Shown one piece after another: positions 28,270 to 38,168 of a DNA stretch of 64,000 nt. The notes beneath the pieces were generated by a model. The model worked only from the letters and a program-made list of their open reading frames with translations, did not search any database and was not told where the DNA came from. The stretch is from the NCBI GenBank assembly GCA_023245775.1, contig JAHFJR010000003.1, positions 3,608 through 67,607 on the forward strand, given 5' to 3'. The DNA is from Candidatus Peribacteria bacterium (GTDB taxonomy: Bacteria; Patescibacteriota; Gracilibacteria; Peribacterales; Peribacteraceae). The translations under genes were made by a program, and so were the position numbers. Position 1 is the first letter of the stretch; every line of letters starts with the position of its first letter.

Positions 28270-28527
28270 ATGTCCACGCTCACGATTAGGATCAATGCTG
28301 ATCTGAAGAGCGACATCATGGCGATTGCGCATCATTCCGGTGAGGATGCCAGTTCGTGGATCCGGAGGTTCTTCGAGCGCATCCGAGCAGATGCAGGCAG
28401 GAAGAAGATTGATAGAAGGTGCCTTGGGGATGACGATGGTGTTTTCTCGCAGGAGTTTATCCAGAGTGTTCTTGAAGCCAAGAAATCAGGTTCATTTCAG
28501 ACCTTCGATTTGCAGAAGTATGTTTGA
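28270..28527 (+). CDS. Ribbon-helix-helix (CopG/RelB-like) antitoxin
   Basis: MSTLTIRINADLKSDIMAIA is an RHH beta-strand/helix pattern. Possible earlier leaderless start at ATG 28237. Overlaps the toxin gene by 8 nt (ATGTTTGA). Confidence 0.75.
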   Translation: MSTLTIRINADLKSDIMAIAHHSGEDASSWIRRFFERIRADAGRKKIDRRCLGDDDGVFSQEFIQSVLEAKKSGSFQTFDLQKYV

Positions 28528-28777
28528 AATTGTCATTGAATCGCGTGCGGATAAGGCTTTGCGTTCTTTTGACGCGCCCCTGAGAGCAAGCATTGCGGAG
28601 GAAATCTATGCTCTCTCTACAAGATTTATGGATGGGAAACGCCTCACAGGAGTTTTAAAAGGTTGCAGATCGTGGCGCTCCGGCGACTATCGCATCGTCT
28701 ATGACGTGGATTTTAAGAAGAGTAGGATACGCATCTTGCGTATTGGACACCGGAGTGAGGTGTATAGGAAGAGATGA
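28520..28777 (+). CDS. RelE/ParE family toxin
   Basis: 85 aa. WRSGDYRIVYDVDFKKSRIRILRIGHRSEVYRK matches the RelE/ParE C-terminal pattern. Confidence 0.85.
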   Translation: MFEIVIESRADKALRSFDAPLRASIAEEIYALSTRFMDGKRLTGVLKGCRSWRSGDYRIVYDVDFKKSRIRILRIGHRSEVYRKR

Positions 28778-28890
28778 ACGGATCCGCAGGAAGAAATCCT
28801 GCTCCTGTAAATCTCTGCTTTTGAAAAAAGAGAATGGTTATTCAAATGGGAGCGGGCTTTCTGCCCGCGAAATGCATGGAACAAAGAAAA

Positions 28891-28930
28891 GCCCGGCCGA
28901 CGGTGAAGTCGGCCGAGGCTCGGGTTTTTT
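28891..28930. terminator. Bidirectional terminator between the TA operon and the convergent TIM-barrel gene
   Basis: GGCCGAC-GGTGAA-GTCGGCC with outer CCC/GGG pairs. T6 on the + strand and a U-rich tract on the minus strand. Confidence 0.6.
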
Positions 28931-28945
28931 GACGATGGTTGCTTC

Positions 28946-29941
28946 TTATCTCTCGAACGCCGCATCGAAGCGCATGCTCGATGGTGCGAAATCAATGTTC
29001 TTGCAGAACTGAGCGGCTTCGCGTGCGCCTTGTTCGCGTTCCATTCCCTTGTCTTCCCACTCAACCGAGAGTGGGCCCTTGTAGCCAGCCACATTGAGGG
29101 CTCGGATGATTTCTCCGAACTTGATCGAACCGCGGCCAACAGAACGGAAGTCCCAGCCGCGGCGTGGATCGCCGAATTCCAGGTGGCTGCAGTTGATGCC
29201 GGTACGACCATTGAGCGTCACGCTCGCGTCCTTCATGTGGACGTGGTAGATCCGGTCTGGGAAGTAGCGGATGAACTCCGCCGGATCGACTCCTTGCCAA
29301 ATCAAGTGGCTTGGATCGAAGTTGAACCCGAACGCCTCGCGGCGGTCGAGCGCCTTGAGCGCCCACTCGGCCGAATAGATGTCGAACGCAATCTCCGTCG
29401 GATGGACTTCCAGCGCGAACTTCACGCCACATTCATCGAAGACATCGAGGATCGGATTCCAACGTTCAGCCAGCAGTTTGAAACCGGCTTCGATGGTTTC
29501 GCGTGGCGTCGGCGGAAAGTCGTAGATGTACGACCAAATGCTTGACCCAGTGAAACCGTTGACGATGCTGACACCCAATTTCTGAGCGGCTCGCGCGGTG
29601 TTCTTCATCTCGGCGATGGCCCGCTCTTGAACCTTCTCAAGGTTGCCATCGCCCCAAACATGCGGCGGAAGGATCGCCTTGTGCCGCGAGTCGATGACGT
29701 CCAGCACCGCTTGGCCGACGAGATGGCTCGAAATCGCGAAGAGCTTCAGGTCGTGCTTCGCCAGCAAATCTCGCTTCTGAGCACAATACGTGTTGTCCGC
29801 GAGGGCCTTATCGACCTCGAAGTGGTCGCCCCAGCAGGCAAGCTCAAGGCCATCGTAGCCCCACTCTTTTGCCTTTTTGCAAAGGTCTTCGAGTTTCAGA
29901 TCTGCAAACTGACCAGTAAATAACGTAACGGGACGGGCCAT
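28946..29941 (-). CDS. Sugar phosphate isomerase/epimerase (xylose isomerase-like TIM barrel) protein
   Basis: [23 protein letters not shown] and YHVHMKD are typical of AP_endonuc_2-fold proteins. Confidence 0.8.
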   Translation of the reverse strand: MARPVTLFTGQFADLKLEDLCKKAKEWGYDGLELACWGDHFEVDKALADNTYCAQKRDLLAKHDLKLFAISSHLVGQAVLDVIDSRHKAILPPHVWGDGNLEKVQERAIAEMKNTARAAQKLGVSIVNGFTGSSIWSYIYDFPPTPRETIEAGFKLLAERWNPILDVFDECGVKFALEVHPTEIAFDIYSAEWALKALDRREAFGFNFDPSHLIWQGVDPAEFIRYFPDRIYHVHMKDASVTLNGRTGINCSHLEFGDPRRGWDFRSVGRGSIKFGEIIRALNVAGYKGPLSVEWEDKGMEREQGAREAAQFCKNIDFAPSSMRFDAAFER

Positions 29942-30287
29942 GATTCGTTCTCACAATCTAAGGGCATTGCCCAAACAAAAGGGAAAAACAGTTTGGTACC
30001 AAGTGATACTGCGTGTGTTCTGCCGAAAATGTGAAAATTCTCGAGTGTATTTCACATGTCCATCTGCGATGCGCTTCTATCCTTTCTAATGGCGCGTAAT
30101 AAAATGGCGAACGAGAAAAACACTTTCCCGTCTTACACGTAGCGCTTTACACATGAAGAACGTGCAAGGCGCTACGAGCGACGGAAGAGTGTTAAGCAAC
30201 GATGAAGTCAAAGACCACTTCCAGCTTCCCCACATGGAAAAGCCGGACAAGTAGTGTGTCATTTTTAGGGAGAATGTCAATGCTTCT

Positions 30288-32198
30288 TTACTTGGCCTCA
30301 GTTGCAACTTCTATTTCCTGTGGCCCTCCGCTCACAACGGCTTTGATTCTCCGTACTCCCGCAGAAGAACTCTCCTCTTTCTGGATCTTGAAGTGTCCGA
30401 GCATGCCTGTTTTCGCGACGTGTGGCCCACCACAGATTTCTTTTGAAAATACTGGGACGTTGCGTCCCAGCTCCGATTTTTGTCCCAGCTCCGAGTTTTT
30501 TCCTAGCTCCGTATCACCTCCCATCGTATAGACCTTCACCTTCTCGCCGTACTTGCTCTCGAAGACGCCTATTGCACCCGCGGCTTTCGCTTCATCAACG
30601 GTCATGACCGAGTAACTGACGGGCACGTCAGCTTTGATCGCTTCATTTACGAAATCTTCCGCCTGTTTGATCTGCTCCGGTGTCATCTTATCGGGATACG
30701 AGAAATCGAAACGAAGTCTTTCGGCGGTGATATTGGATCCCTTCTGCCAGATACCGTCTCCGAGAATTTTTCTGAGAGCTGCGTTGAGAAGATGTGTCGC
30801 GGTGTGCAACTTCGTCGTCTCTGCCGAGTGATCCGCAAGACCTCCTGCAAATTTCTTTTCTGCTCCCGCACGGCTGAGTTTCTGATGCTGCTCGAAGGCC
30901 TTCTTGAAGCCCTCTTCGTCCACCTTCAGATGTCCTTCCGCCGCGAGGTCTCTCGTCATTTCGATCGGGAATCCATACGTGTCATACAGACGGAAGGCTG
31001 TTGCGCCGTCGATGATCGTCATCCCTGTCTTCAGCACGGTCTTGTCGTAGTGCCTCAGTCCTTCCGAGAGTGTGTGTTTGAACTGCCCCTCTTCATGGTT
31101 CAGAGTCTGGTAGATCTCACGAGATTTCTCTTGGAGGTGCGAATAACAATCTCCATACTGGTGAATGATTTCTTGTGCGATGACAGAGCAGTACATTCTC
31201 GTTTCAAAATCTGCATGCACTTCGATGTTCAGTCTGCGGATGGATCGAAGAGCACGACGGATAATTTTTCTTAGAACATAGCCCTGATCGACGTTGCTCG
31301 GTCGTACGCCATCGGCGATCATGAACGTTGATGCCTTCAGATGATCGACGATGATGCGGACATGGCGTGTCACGTAGCGTCCAAGTTCGGTGTCATCGAG
31401 GATGTGTACACCCCGTGCGAGTTCCACGAGTGAACTGAACGCATCCGTCTCATAGACACTCTTCACTCCCTGCATCACTGCGGCGACACGCTCAAGCCCC
31501 ATGCCCGTATCGACGTTCTGCTGGGCGAGCGGCACGAACGAACCGTCTTCCTGTTTGTTGTACTGCATGAAGACGTCATTCCAGATTTCAAGCCAATTGG
31601 CATCGTCATTCTCCGGATTCGATCTGGATGGTGGGAATACAGAAGGCCCGACCCAATAGAACATCTCGGTATCCGGTCCGCACGGGCCGGTTTTCCCTGC
31701 TGGTCCCCACCAGTTCTTCGCTTTTGGAAGAAAGCCGATGCGTTCACGCGGAATGCCGACAGATTCCCAAATTGTTGCTGATTCCTCATCTTTTGGCGCA
31801 TCCTTGTCACCTTCGAAGCAGGTGACTGCGAGCATCTTCTCATCGATTCCGAGCCATTGTTGTGATGTCAAAAATTCGAAGCTCATCTCGATCGCTCCCT
31901 TCTTGAAGTAATCCCCAAGTGACCAGTTGCCGAGCATCTCGAAACATGTGAGGTGTGACATATCGCCGACTTCGTCGATGTCTTGCGTTCGCACGCAGAG
32001 CTGCACGTCGCAGAGCCTTCTCCCGAGTGGATGCTTCTCTCCCATGAGATAAGGGACGAGCGGGTGCATGCCCGCCGTCGTGAAGAGCACGGTGGGATCA
32101 TTCTCCGGAACGAGCGATGCGCCGGCGATCACCGCGTGACCTTTGGACTTGAAGAAGTCGAGGTACGCTTGCCGGATCTCTGCAGTGGTGCGAGGCAT
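30288..32198 (-). CDS. alaS: Alanyl-tRNA synthetase, short form (catalytic + tRNA-recognition + editing domains; no coiled-coil or C-Ala domain)
   Basis: FFKSKGH, FTTAGM, FEMLGNWSLGDYFK, editing-site HTATHLL and CGGPHV. The protein ends ~20 aa after GVRRIKAV. ATG at 32198. Confidence 0.93.
   Translation of the reverse strand: MPRTTAEIRQAYLDFFKSKGHAVIAGASLVPENDPTVLFTTAGMHPLVPYLMGEKHPLGRRLCDVQLCVRTQDIDEVGDMSHLTCFEMLGNWSLGDYFKKGAIEMSFEFLTSQQWLGIDEKMLAVTCFEGDKDAPKDEESATIWESVGIPRERIGFLPKAKNWWGPAGKTGPCGPDTEMFYWVGPSVFPPSRSNPENDDANWLEIWNDVFMQYNKQEDGSFVPLAQQNVDTGMGLERVAAVMQGVKSVYETDAFSSLVELARGVHILDDTELGRYVTRHVRIIVDHLKASTFMIADGVRPSNVDQGYVLRKIIRRALRSIRRLNIEVHADFETRMYCSVIAQEIIHQYGDCYSHLQEKSREIYQTLNHEEGQFKHTLSEGLRHYDKTVLKTGMTIIDGATAFRLYDTYGFPIEMTRDLAAEGHLKVDEEGFKKAFEQHQKLSRAGAEKKFAGGLADHSAETTKLHTATHLLNAALRKILGDGIWQKGSNITAERLRFDFSYPDKMTPEQIKQAEDFVNEAIKADVPVSYSVMTVDEAKAAGAIGVFESKYGEKVKVYTMGGDTELGKNSELGQKSELGRNVPVFSKEICGGPHVAKTGMLGHFKIQKEESSSAGVRRIKAVVSGGPQEIEVATEAK
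30464..30517. repeat. 18-nt tandem repeat x3 inside alaS (encodes ELGKNS-ELGQKS-ELGRNV)
   Basis: Units start at 30464, 30482 and 30500 (GTCCCAGCTCCGATTTTT-like). Confidence 0.9.
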
Positions 32199-32288
32199 AG
32201 AAAAAACGGTATTACGAGAGTACTGAAGGACGGATTTTTCGTCGAGATGATTGACGAATGCCAAGATTCATTTACATTATCCTTCCTC

Positions 32289-33557
32289 ATGCTTCCAGAT
32301 CCCCCCTGCATTCGCGGTCTCGTTGGTTGTTCGGACTCCACCTTTGTGGGCTCGGATAGTTCGGAACATGCTTCTTTCGTCATTCCCACGAGAGACCGCC
32401 CATCGACGACTTTGGGTACTCCTATTGGTAGCTTGAGTGGGCAGCAGAGAACGATCCCAAGTCAGGGCCAGAGCTCCAGTCGAGGCAGGTTTGACGTACC
32501 TCCGCGTCCCACGAATGGATCTATCCCTTCGCTTCCATCTGTTCGCCTGCCATCCGTTTCGCTACCCACGGTTCGCCTGCCATCCGTTTCATTGCCTTCG
32601 GTGAAGCTCCCTTCAGTCTCCTTGCCTTCGGTTTCCCTTCCCTCGGTGTCTCTCCCTTCTTTCATTCGCTCCTCTCGTCCATTCGGTTCTCTCTTTGGAG
32701 CGCGTCCTGATCTCACCGCGATCTACGATATTTCACTGAGGAACCTAAGCTCCAGTGCTCTCTCTGATGTTCTTGCTCATCATGGGCCAACACCGTTCGG
32801 TGCAAGCTTCGATCCGCTGCGGTCGGACCAGACATGTAGCGTTGTGGCAAAAACGGTCCAATGTCAGATGAGTCTTGGGGCGGGGGAGACACGATCATTT
32901 CCGATTGCCTACAAGGTCACAAATGCCACTTTCTGCAGACTTTCACCCGTATTGCAGAGCGTGAAGATCGCCATTGACAAGCTCATGCAAAATTCCGCTC
33001 AGCCCGTGAGGGCATCGGTGCGTTGTACTGTGAAGAATGGAGATGCTCTCGATCAGTCTCTCATTCAGAAGGGCTCCCAAACGAGCACGACTTCCGGCCC
33101 TTCTGCGGTGGCAGGAAATGCTTCTTCGTCGCGCGAAGGGCTGTCTCAGGGAAGTGGAGCTCTGCTTGGGAAGATGGGTGGAAGAACGACTTCCTCTGCA
33201 TTCGGCAGTGGAACGAATGCAGCAGCAATGGTTTCTTCCCTTGCTCGTATGAAGGGTCGTGCTGTGGGCCATACTGGTTTTGCAGAGAGCGAACAGGGTC
33301 TCTGGATCAATGAGAGAGCCCTAGAGGAAGCCAAAAAGTCATATGGATCACAGGAAAATGCTACGATGCCAGTGACCGGCATTGAACAATCCTACTATGC
33401 ACCGAAGACCGATCTAGGGTACATTCTGATCCCAAAGAATACTCTCGTTTCGGAGACAGGACTTGCTTCTATCTTCTGGTTATTGTTTGGTAGCATTATC
33501 CTTTTGGCTTTCATTTTTAGGGCAGGTTTTTCTCAGAGGGAAGGGCTACATTCATAG
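32289..33557 (+). CDS. Hypothetical surface protein with (LPSVx)n pentapeptide repeats, one degenerate DUF11-like domain and a C-terminal sorting-signal-like anchor
   Basis: ATG at 32289 is the first start clear of alaS. LPSV(S/R/K) occurs about 9 times. The C-terminus is LVSETG + LASIFWLLFGSIILLAFIF + RAGF. No N-terminal signal peptide is evident, so the start is uncertain. Confidence 0.6.
   Translation: MLPDPPCIRGLVGCSDSTFVGSDSSEHASFVIPTRDRPSTTLGTPIGSLSGQQRTIPSQGQSSSRGRFDVPPRPTNGSIPSLPSVRLPSVSLPTVRLPSVSLPSVKLPSVSLPSVSLPSVSLPSFIRSSRPFGSLFGARPDLTAIYDISLRNLSSSALSDVLAHHGPTPFGASFDPLRSDQTCSVVAKTVQCQMSLGAGETRSFPIAYKVTNATFCRLSPVLQSVKIAIDKLMQNSAQPVRASVRCTVKNGDALDQSLIQKGSQTSTTSGPSAVAGNASSSREGLSQGSGALLGKMGGRTTSSAFGSGTNAAAMVSSLARMKGRAVGHTGFAESEQGLWINERALEEAKKSYGSQENATMPVTGIEQSYYAPKTDLGYILIPKNTLVSETGLASIFWLLFGSIILLAFIFRAGFSQREGLHS
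32533..32672 (+). repeat. 15-nt (5-codon) tandem repeat, about 9 units
   Basis: Encodes IPSLPSVRLPSVSLPTVRLPSVSLPSVKLPSVSLPSVSLPSVSLPSF. Confidence 0.9.
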
Positions 33558-33593
33558 TTTTTGCTATGAATGATTTTCATGACCTTTTTAGAT

Positions 33594-33622
33594 TTGACAA
33601 TATTTTATGAATAAGGTAAAGT
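33594..33622 (+). promoter_or_regulatory. Putative promoter TTGACA-N17-TAAAGT upstream of the DUF11 gene
   Basis: Consensus -35 at 33594-33599. It would give a ~40-nt C/U-rich leader to the ATG at 33670. Confidence 0.4.
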
Positions 33623-33669
33623 TCGTCCCTTTTCCTTCATCTGACGCACGTCCATTCCCCCCTGCTCCT

Positions 33670-36600
33670 ATGGAGTTTCGCAAGACGATCGCCTCATTGG
33701 TACTCACGGCTCTCCTCCTGACCGAGGTGCAGATGGGAGCCCTCTCCGTATTCCAGCCCTTGATTCCAGTGTCGAGCGCTGCGGGTGCAGCTGACCTCAG
33801 TATCACCAAATCTGCTTCTGCATCCTCTGTTCTGCGTGGCACGACCATCACCTACACCGTCACTGCCTCCAATGCTGGACCAGATACGGCGACGAACGTC
33901 GTCATTGCAGATCCGATTCCTGCAGATTTTCTCTTCAACTCCGGTCTCAGTAGTCCTGGTTGTGTGCAGATTGGTTCCAATATTCTCTGTGATAGTTTCA
34001 GCTTGAATGCCGGCGACTCTCATCCGGTGAGCATCGTCTTCGATGTTCCAACGATCTCGAACTGCACACCGAGTACCGTCTCGAATACTGCCTCTGTTTC
34101 CTCTTCCATCACCGACCCAGACTCCAGTAACAACCAGAGTAACACCGTCCAGACGAATGTCACCTGCCCTCCTATCACTGCGGACCTGAGTATCACCAAA
34201 TCCGCTTCGTCACCGTCCGTTGTTCGTGGCTCTGTCATCATGTACACCGTGATCGCGAGCAACGCCGGTCCAAGTGCAGCAACCAACGTCGTGATCACCG
34301 ATTTGTTTCCCGCAGGCCTGACGTTCAATGCAGGCATGAGTAGTGCAGGTTGTGTGCTCAACGGTACAGAAGTTCTCTGCAATAACTTCAATCTATCAAG
34401 TGGCGACACACATACGGTCCAGATTGCTTTCGATGTTCCCCTCGTTCCGAATTGCTCACAGACGACGATACAGAATTCTGCCATCGTGTCGACGTCGATG
34501 ACCGATCCGGATCCGAGTAATAACCAGAGCGCTGTGGTCCAGACCACCGTCACGTGTCCCACCATGCAGGCTGACCTGAGCATCACGAAGTCCGGCCCAT
34601 CGTCCATCGTTCGTGGTTCGGTGATCACGTACACGCTCACGGGTTCGAATGCAGGCCCAGATGCAGCCACGAATGTCGTCATCAGCGATCCCATCCCCGT
34701 AGGCCTGACGTTCAATGCAGGCATGAGCAGTGCAGGGTGTGTGCAGAATGGTTCCAATATTCTCTGCGATAGTTTCAGTCTCACCAGTGGTCAGAATCAT
34801 GCGGTGCAGATTGCCTTCACTATTCCGGCCGTCGCTAACTGCAGTCAGACGACCATCCAGAATATGGCGTCCATCTCATCGAGTTCGACCGATCTGAACC
34901 CAGGCAATAATCAGAGCGCTGTCGTGCAGACCACGGTGATGTGTCCCGTGCTCTCTCCGAAGCTCTACGTCACGAAGTCGGTGCCAGCGCTGACCGTGGG
35001 TGGTCAGAATGTGACCTACACGTTCACGCTCCAGAATACGAGTACGTTCACAGCGAATAATGTGTACGTCTATGACTACTACATCGACGCGACTCTCGTG
35101 AAGATCGCGCCTCCGTTCACGTTCCTCTCCTCGAGTGGCCTCACGTGTCAGTTCGAGATGATCAATAATCGCGTTGCCTGTGCGCCCGTGAACTTGGCGC
35201 CGCAGCAAATGATCCAGTTCACGATGACGTTTGCAACACCCTCCAGCGGTCCTGCTTGCAACTATGCGTTCACGAATAAAGTGGAAGCTATTGCAGGGAC
35301 CGACCAGCAGTCGCTAGATACCGATACCGCTTCGACATTCCTCCAGTGTTCCGCTCCGCAGTTCAGCTTGAGCAAGCTTGGTCCGACGGTCGTGAGTCCT
35401 GGTGAGGAACTGTCCTACATCATCACGGCGACCAATACCGGTCAGACCGTGCAGACAGGGATCCAACTCGTCGATGATATTCCTCTCGGCCTCATCTTTC
35501 AGCCTATTGGTTCAACGGCAGGTTGTAGTGTCCAGACGGATGCTGTTGTGTGCGCTGCGCAAACATTCAATCCCGGCCAGATCATCAGTTACACCCTCAA
35601 GTTCATTGCAGACTCAACTGTCGCGTGCGGATCGGTCATTCTCAACGAGGCCGAGCTCAAGAAGAACGGCGTCGAATTCCGGTACTCGAACCAAACGCAC
35701 TCCGATGTGCAGTGCAATAATCCGAAACTCGACGTCACCAAGAGCGCTCCTATCAGTGTCAATGCTGGTGGGACTGCAACGTATACCTACATTCTCCATA
35801 ATACGAGTCTGACGTCTTCGGCATTGGCGATCGAACTCTTCGATTTCAATATTGATCCTCAGGCGCATCCCCTGAATCCTGCACAGTTCACATTCCTCTC
35901 GTCGTCGATCGGTCACTGTACGGTGGACTCCGAGGCTCGTGTGCACTGCACCTTGCCGAGCTTGTCGCCCAATCAGACCGTCACGTTCACGCTCACCTTC
36001 GCTGTGCCGAATACGCCACAGCTCTGTGGTACAACCGTCATCAATCAGGTGGATGTCTGGACGCAGGGACGGATCGCGGATGCTGATTGGGACAAGGCCC
36101 AGACCATCGTCACCTGTCCGCTGATCTCTGATCTCGGAATCATCAAGACGGGGGCAACGTCCATCACGCGTGGGAATGTCCTGAGCTACAACCTTGCCGT
36201 AACGAATGCGGGGCCGTCCATCGTCCCTGCCAACGTTCGTGTCGTGGATGCCATTCCGCAGGGGCAGAGCCTCACCTTCAATCAGGGAGCCAGCAGTGCG
36301 GGTTGCAGCCAGAGCGGGACGACGATCGTCTGTCTTGGTACGCTTGCACCGAATACATCGACCAACTTCGTCGTTGCATTCACCGTGCCGACGATCCAGA
36401 ACTGCTCCGTCGCATCGATCTTCAATACGGCAACCGTCACCAGCCAGCTCACGGATTCGAATCTGACGAATAACACCAGCCAGGTTGCAACGACGCTGAA
36501 CTGTCCTGACACGGGTGGAGGTATCACCGTCTACAAGACGGACAATCGCACGACCGCGAATGTGAATGATGTCCTCCACTACGACATCATCCTGACCAAT

Positions 36601-37230
36601 AGCGCCAATACGACCTCGGCCAACCTCACCGTGACGGATGCAGTTCCCTACGGTCTCACGATTCTCGATGTGTCGGATGGCGGCAGTATCAGTGGCCAGA
36701 ATGTGACGTGGAACAATATCACGGTGGGTGCCAATGCCAGTCGGACCATCCGAGTGAATGCGAGGGTACGTACGGATGTGAGTGATCGTACAGTTCTGCA
36801 TAATACTGTGTCTGTGAATGGCCAATCTTCGTCGGACGACACGACGATCAACAATCCGACCTACAGCAATAACCCCCCCACGTACTATCCTCCGTACCAA
36901 GTTGCCTACCAGCCCCCCTACTACCAGCAGCCCTATCAGCCTTCATACACGCCGGTGGCTCCCACGGTGTTCTCTGTGCCAGCACCTCCCGTGACTCCTC
37001 CGCCTATCTATTATCCCCCCGTCGTCATCCCGCAGACAGGGACGATCGGTGCAGGATTCTATGCGAATGCCTACGATCGATCGAAACTGTCGCCAGCGCG
37101 CGTCGCTGCCGCTGTCTCAGATGCAGCCAGTCAGAGCGCCTTCTCATCGATCTTCTACCTCACGCTCCTGACACTCTTCGCCGCTGGATCAGCGACTGCG
37201 ACGAGGTTCCTCATCGGGGGAGGTTTGTAA
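33670..37230 (+). CDS. Large cell-surface protein with about 8 DUF11-type (conserved repeat) domains, a Pro/Tyr-rich stalk and an IPQTG + TM C-terminus
   Basis: Signal peptide MEFRKTIASLVLTALLLTEV. Repeated (A)DLSITKS...Y.(V/L)T..N.GP..A.NVVI.D..P.GL.F... pattern. PTYYPPYQVAYQPPYYQQPYQPSYTP, then VVIPQTG and a terminal hydrophobic segment. Confidence 0.9.
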   Translation: MEFRKTIASLVLTALLLTEVQMGALSVFQPLIPVSSAAGAADLSITKSASASSVLRGTTITYTVTASNAGPDTATNVVIADPIPADFLFNSGLSSPGCVQIGSNILCDSFSLNAGDSHPVSIVFDVPTISNCTPSTVSNTASVSSSITDPDSSNNQSNTVQTNVTCPPITADLSITKSASSPSVVRGSVIMYTVIASNAGPSAATNVVITDLFPAGLTFNAGMSSAGCVLNGTEVLCNNFNLSSGDTHTVQIAFDVPLVPNCSQTTIQNSAIVSTSMTDPDPSNNQSAVVQTTVTCPTMQADLSITKSGPSSIVRGSVITYTLTGSNAGPDAATNVVISDPIPVGLTFNAGMSSAGCVQNGSNILCDSFSLTSGQNHAVQIAFTIPAVANCSQTTIQNMASISSSSTDLNPGNNQSAVVQTTVMCPVLSPKLYVTKSVPALTVGGQNVTYTFTLQNTSTFTANNVYVYDYYIDATLVKIAPPFTFLSSSGLTCQFEMINNRVACAPVNLAPQQMIQFTMTFATPSSGPACNYAFTNKVEAIAGTDQQSLDTDTASTFLQCSAPQFSLSKLGPTVVSPGEELSYIITATNTGQTVQTGIQLVDDIPLGLIFQPIGSTAGCSVQTDAVVCAAQTFNPGQIISYTLKFIADSTVACGSVILNEAELKKNGVEFRYSNQTHSDVQCNNPKLDVTKSAPISVNAGGTATYTYILHNTSLTSSALAIELFDFNIDPQAHPLNPAQFTFLSSSIGHCTVDSEARVHCTLPSLSPNQTVTFTLTFAVPNTPQLCGTTVINQVDVWTQGRIADADWDKAQTIVTCPLISDLGIIKTGATSITRGNVLSYNLAVTNAGPSIVPANVRVVDAIPQGQSLTFNQGASSAGCSQSGTTIVCLGTLAPNTSTNFVVAFTVPTIQNCSVASIFNTATVTSQLTDSNLTNNTSQVATTLNCPDTGGGITVYKTDNRTTANVNDVLHYDIILTNSANTTSANLTVTDAVPYGLTILDVSDGGSISGQNVTWNNITVGANASRTIRVNARVRTDVSDRTVLHNTVSVNGQSSSDDTTINNPTYSNNPPTYYPPYQVAYQPPYYQQPYQPSYTPVAPTVFSVPAPPVTPPPIYYPPVVIPQTGTIGAGFYANAYDRSKLSPARVAAAVSDAASQSAFSSIFYLTLLTLFAAGSATATRFLIGGGL
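33790..34960 (+). repeat. 390-nt coding repeat x3 (the first three DUF11 domains)
   Basis: ADLSITKS codons start at 33790, 34180 and 34570. Confidence 0.9.
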
Positions 37231-37254
37231 GTACCCTCCATGCATTCTAGAAAG

Positions 37255-37281
37255 CACCCTGTCGCCGCGGGGTGTTTTTTT
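37255..37281 (+). terminator. Intrinsic terminator after the DUF11 gene
   Basis: CACCC-N10-GGGTG followed by T7 (37275-37281). Confidence 0.6.
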
Positions 37282-37299
37282 GAGATACACTCTCTGCCT

Positions 37300-38013
37300 A
37301 TGACACCCGAGGTCTTCGTTGCTAGCACGAGTTTTCGTTTCTTCGGGCCCTCGTTCGCTGTACCGCAGTTATGGCTCTACTGGCTGTATCGCTCTCCTGC
37401 TCTCATGGGATGGATGGAGCGATGGAACACCAGGCTTCCTGTACCTCTGCATCCTGCTCTTCGCTCACTTCTCTGTATTCCACGCATGTCGACGCTTGCG
37501 ATGGGTACACTTCTGCGTGAATGTGTCGCTCAGATGCCAGCAGGTTCTGCTTACGTAAACATCGGTGTGTGGCATGGTTTTAGTATACTTGCAGGAATGG
37601 CGGGGAATGCTGATCGCAGGTGCATTGGTGTTGATAATTTCTCGGAGTTTGGTGGTCCGAGAGATGCGTTCCTTGCACGTTTCAAATGTCGTGCCTCCCC
37701 GCATCATTCTTTCTACGAGATGGATTACCGAGACTATTTTTCTTCCGTACACCGCGGCCCTATCGGATGCTATTTCTACGATGGTTCCCATACGTATGAG
37801 GACCAACTGGAAGGTTTGCAGGCTGCCGAACCGTTCTTCGTCGCAGGTACCCTCGTCCTCATCGACGATACGAATTGGGAGGCTCCACGAAATGCAATGG
37901 AGGAATTCCTACGGACCTCGCTACGCCGATATGAACGCATTCTTGATATTCGAACTGCCCGCAATAATCATCCGACGTGGTGGAATGGACTCATCGTTCT
38001 CCGTTCTTTCTGA
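37300..38013 (+). CDS. Class I SAM-dependent methyltransferase (Methyltransf_24/TylF-like)
   Basis: YVNIGVWHGFS (motif I-like), IGVDNF and LVLIDDTNW. ATG at 37300 lies downstream of the terminator. Confidence 0.75.
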   Translation: MTPEVFVASTSFRFFGPSFAVPQLWLYWLYRSPALMGWMERWNTRLPVPLHPALRSLLCIPRMSTLAMGTLLRECVAQMPAGSAYVNIGVWHGFSILAGMAGNADRRCIGVDNFSEFGGPRDAFLARFKCRASPHHSFYEMDYRDYFSSVHRGPIGCYFYDGSHTYEDQLEGLQAAEPFFVAGTLVLIDDTNWEAPRNAMEEFLRTSLRRYERILDIRTARNNHPTWWNGLIVLRSF

Positions 38014-38168
38014 TGCTGCCTCTCTCCTTTCGCATCCTCCTCCGGCGTCTCGGTTCAAGATCGGATCTTTCATCATGGCACGATCATCTGAAGGTCATGT
38101 TCGCCGTGATGCGTTTCGAGAAATTGATGCGCAGCCTCGACACGCCGAGCCCAGTGGGTAAAGGAGAA

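Noticed and set aside
30029-30057. A CRP/FNR-type site (ATGTGAAA...TTTCACAT) upstream of the TIM-barrel gene at 29941.
   Set aside because: The TGTGA and TCACA half-sites are 17 nt apart rather than the 6 nt of the CRP consensus. It may still be some operator, but there is no basis for naming it.
31983-32288. N-terminal 102 aa of the 524-aa track ORF starting at 31983.
   Set aside because: This part overlaps alaS on the opposite strand. I moved the start to the first ATG clear of alaS (32289). The true start remains uncertain because no signal peptide is visible.
33607-33669. Upstream ATG at 33607 as the start of the DUF11 gene.
   Set aside because: It lies inside the putative TTGACA-N17-TAAAGT promoter. 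The ATG at 33670 is followed directly by a proper signal peptide.
34020-36900. Long minus-strand ORFs (254 aa and 428 aa) inside the DUF11 gene.
   Set aside because: They are antisense to a CDS with clear domain periodicity and a signal peptide. Their composition is Arg/Asp-rich and typical of antisense frames.
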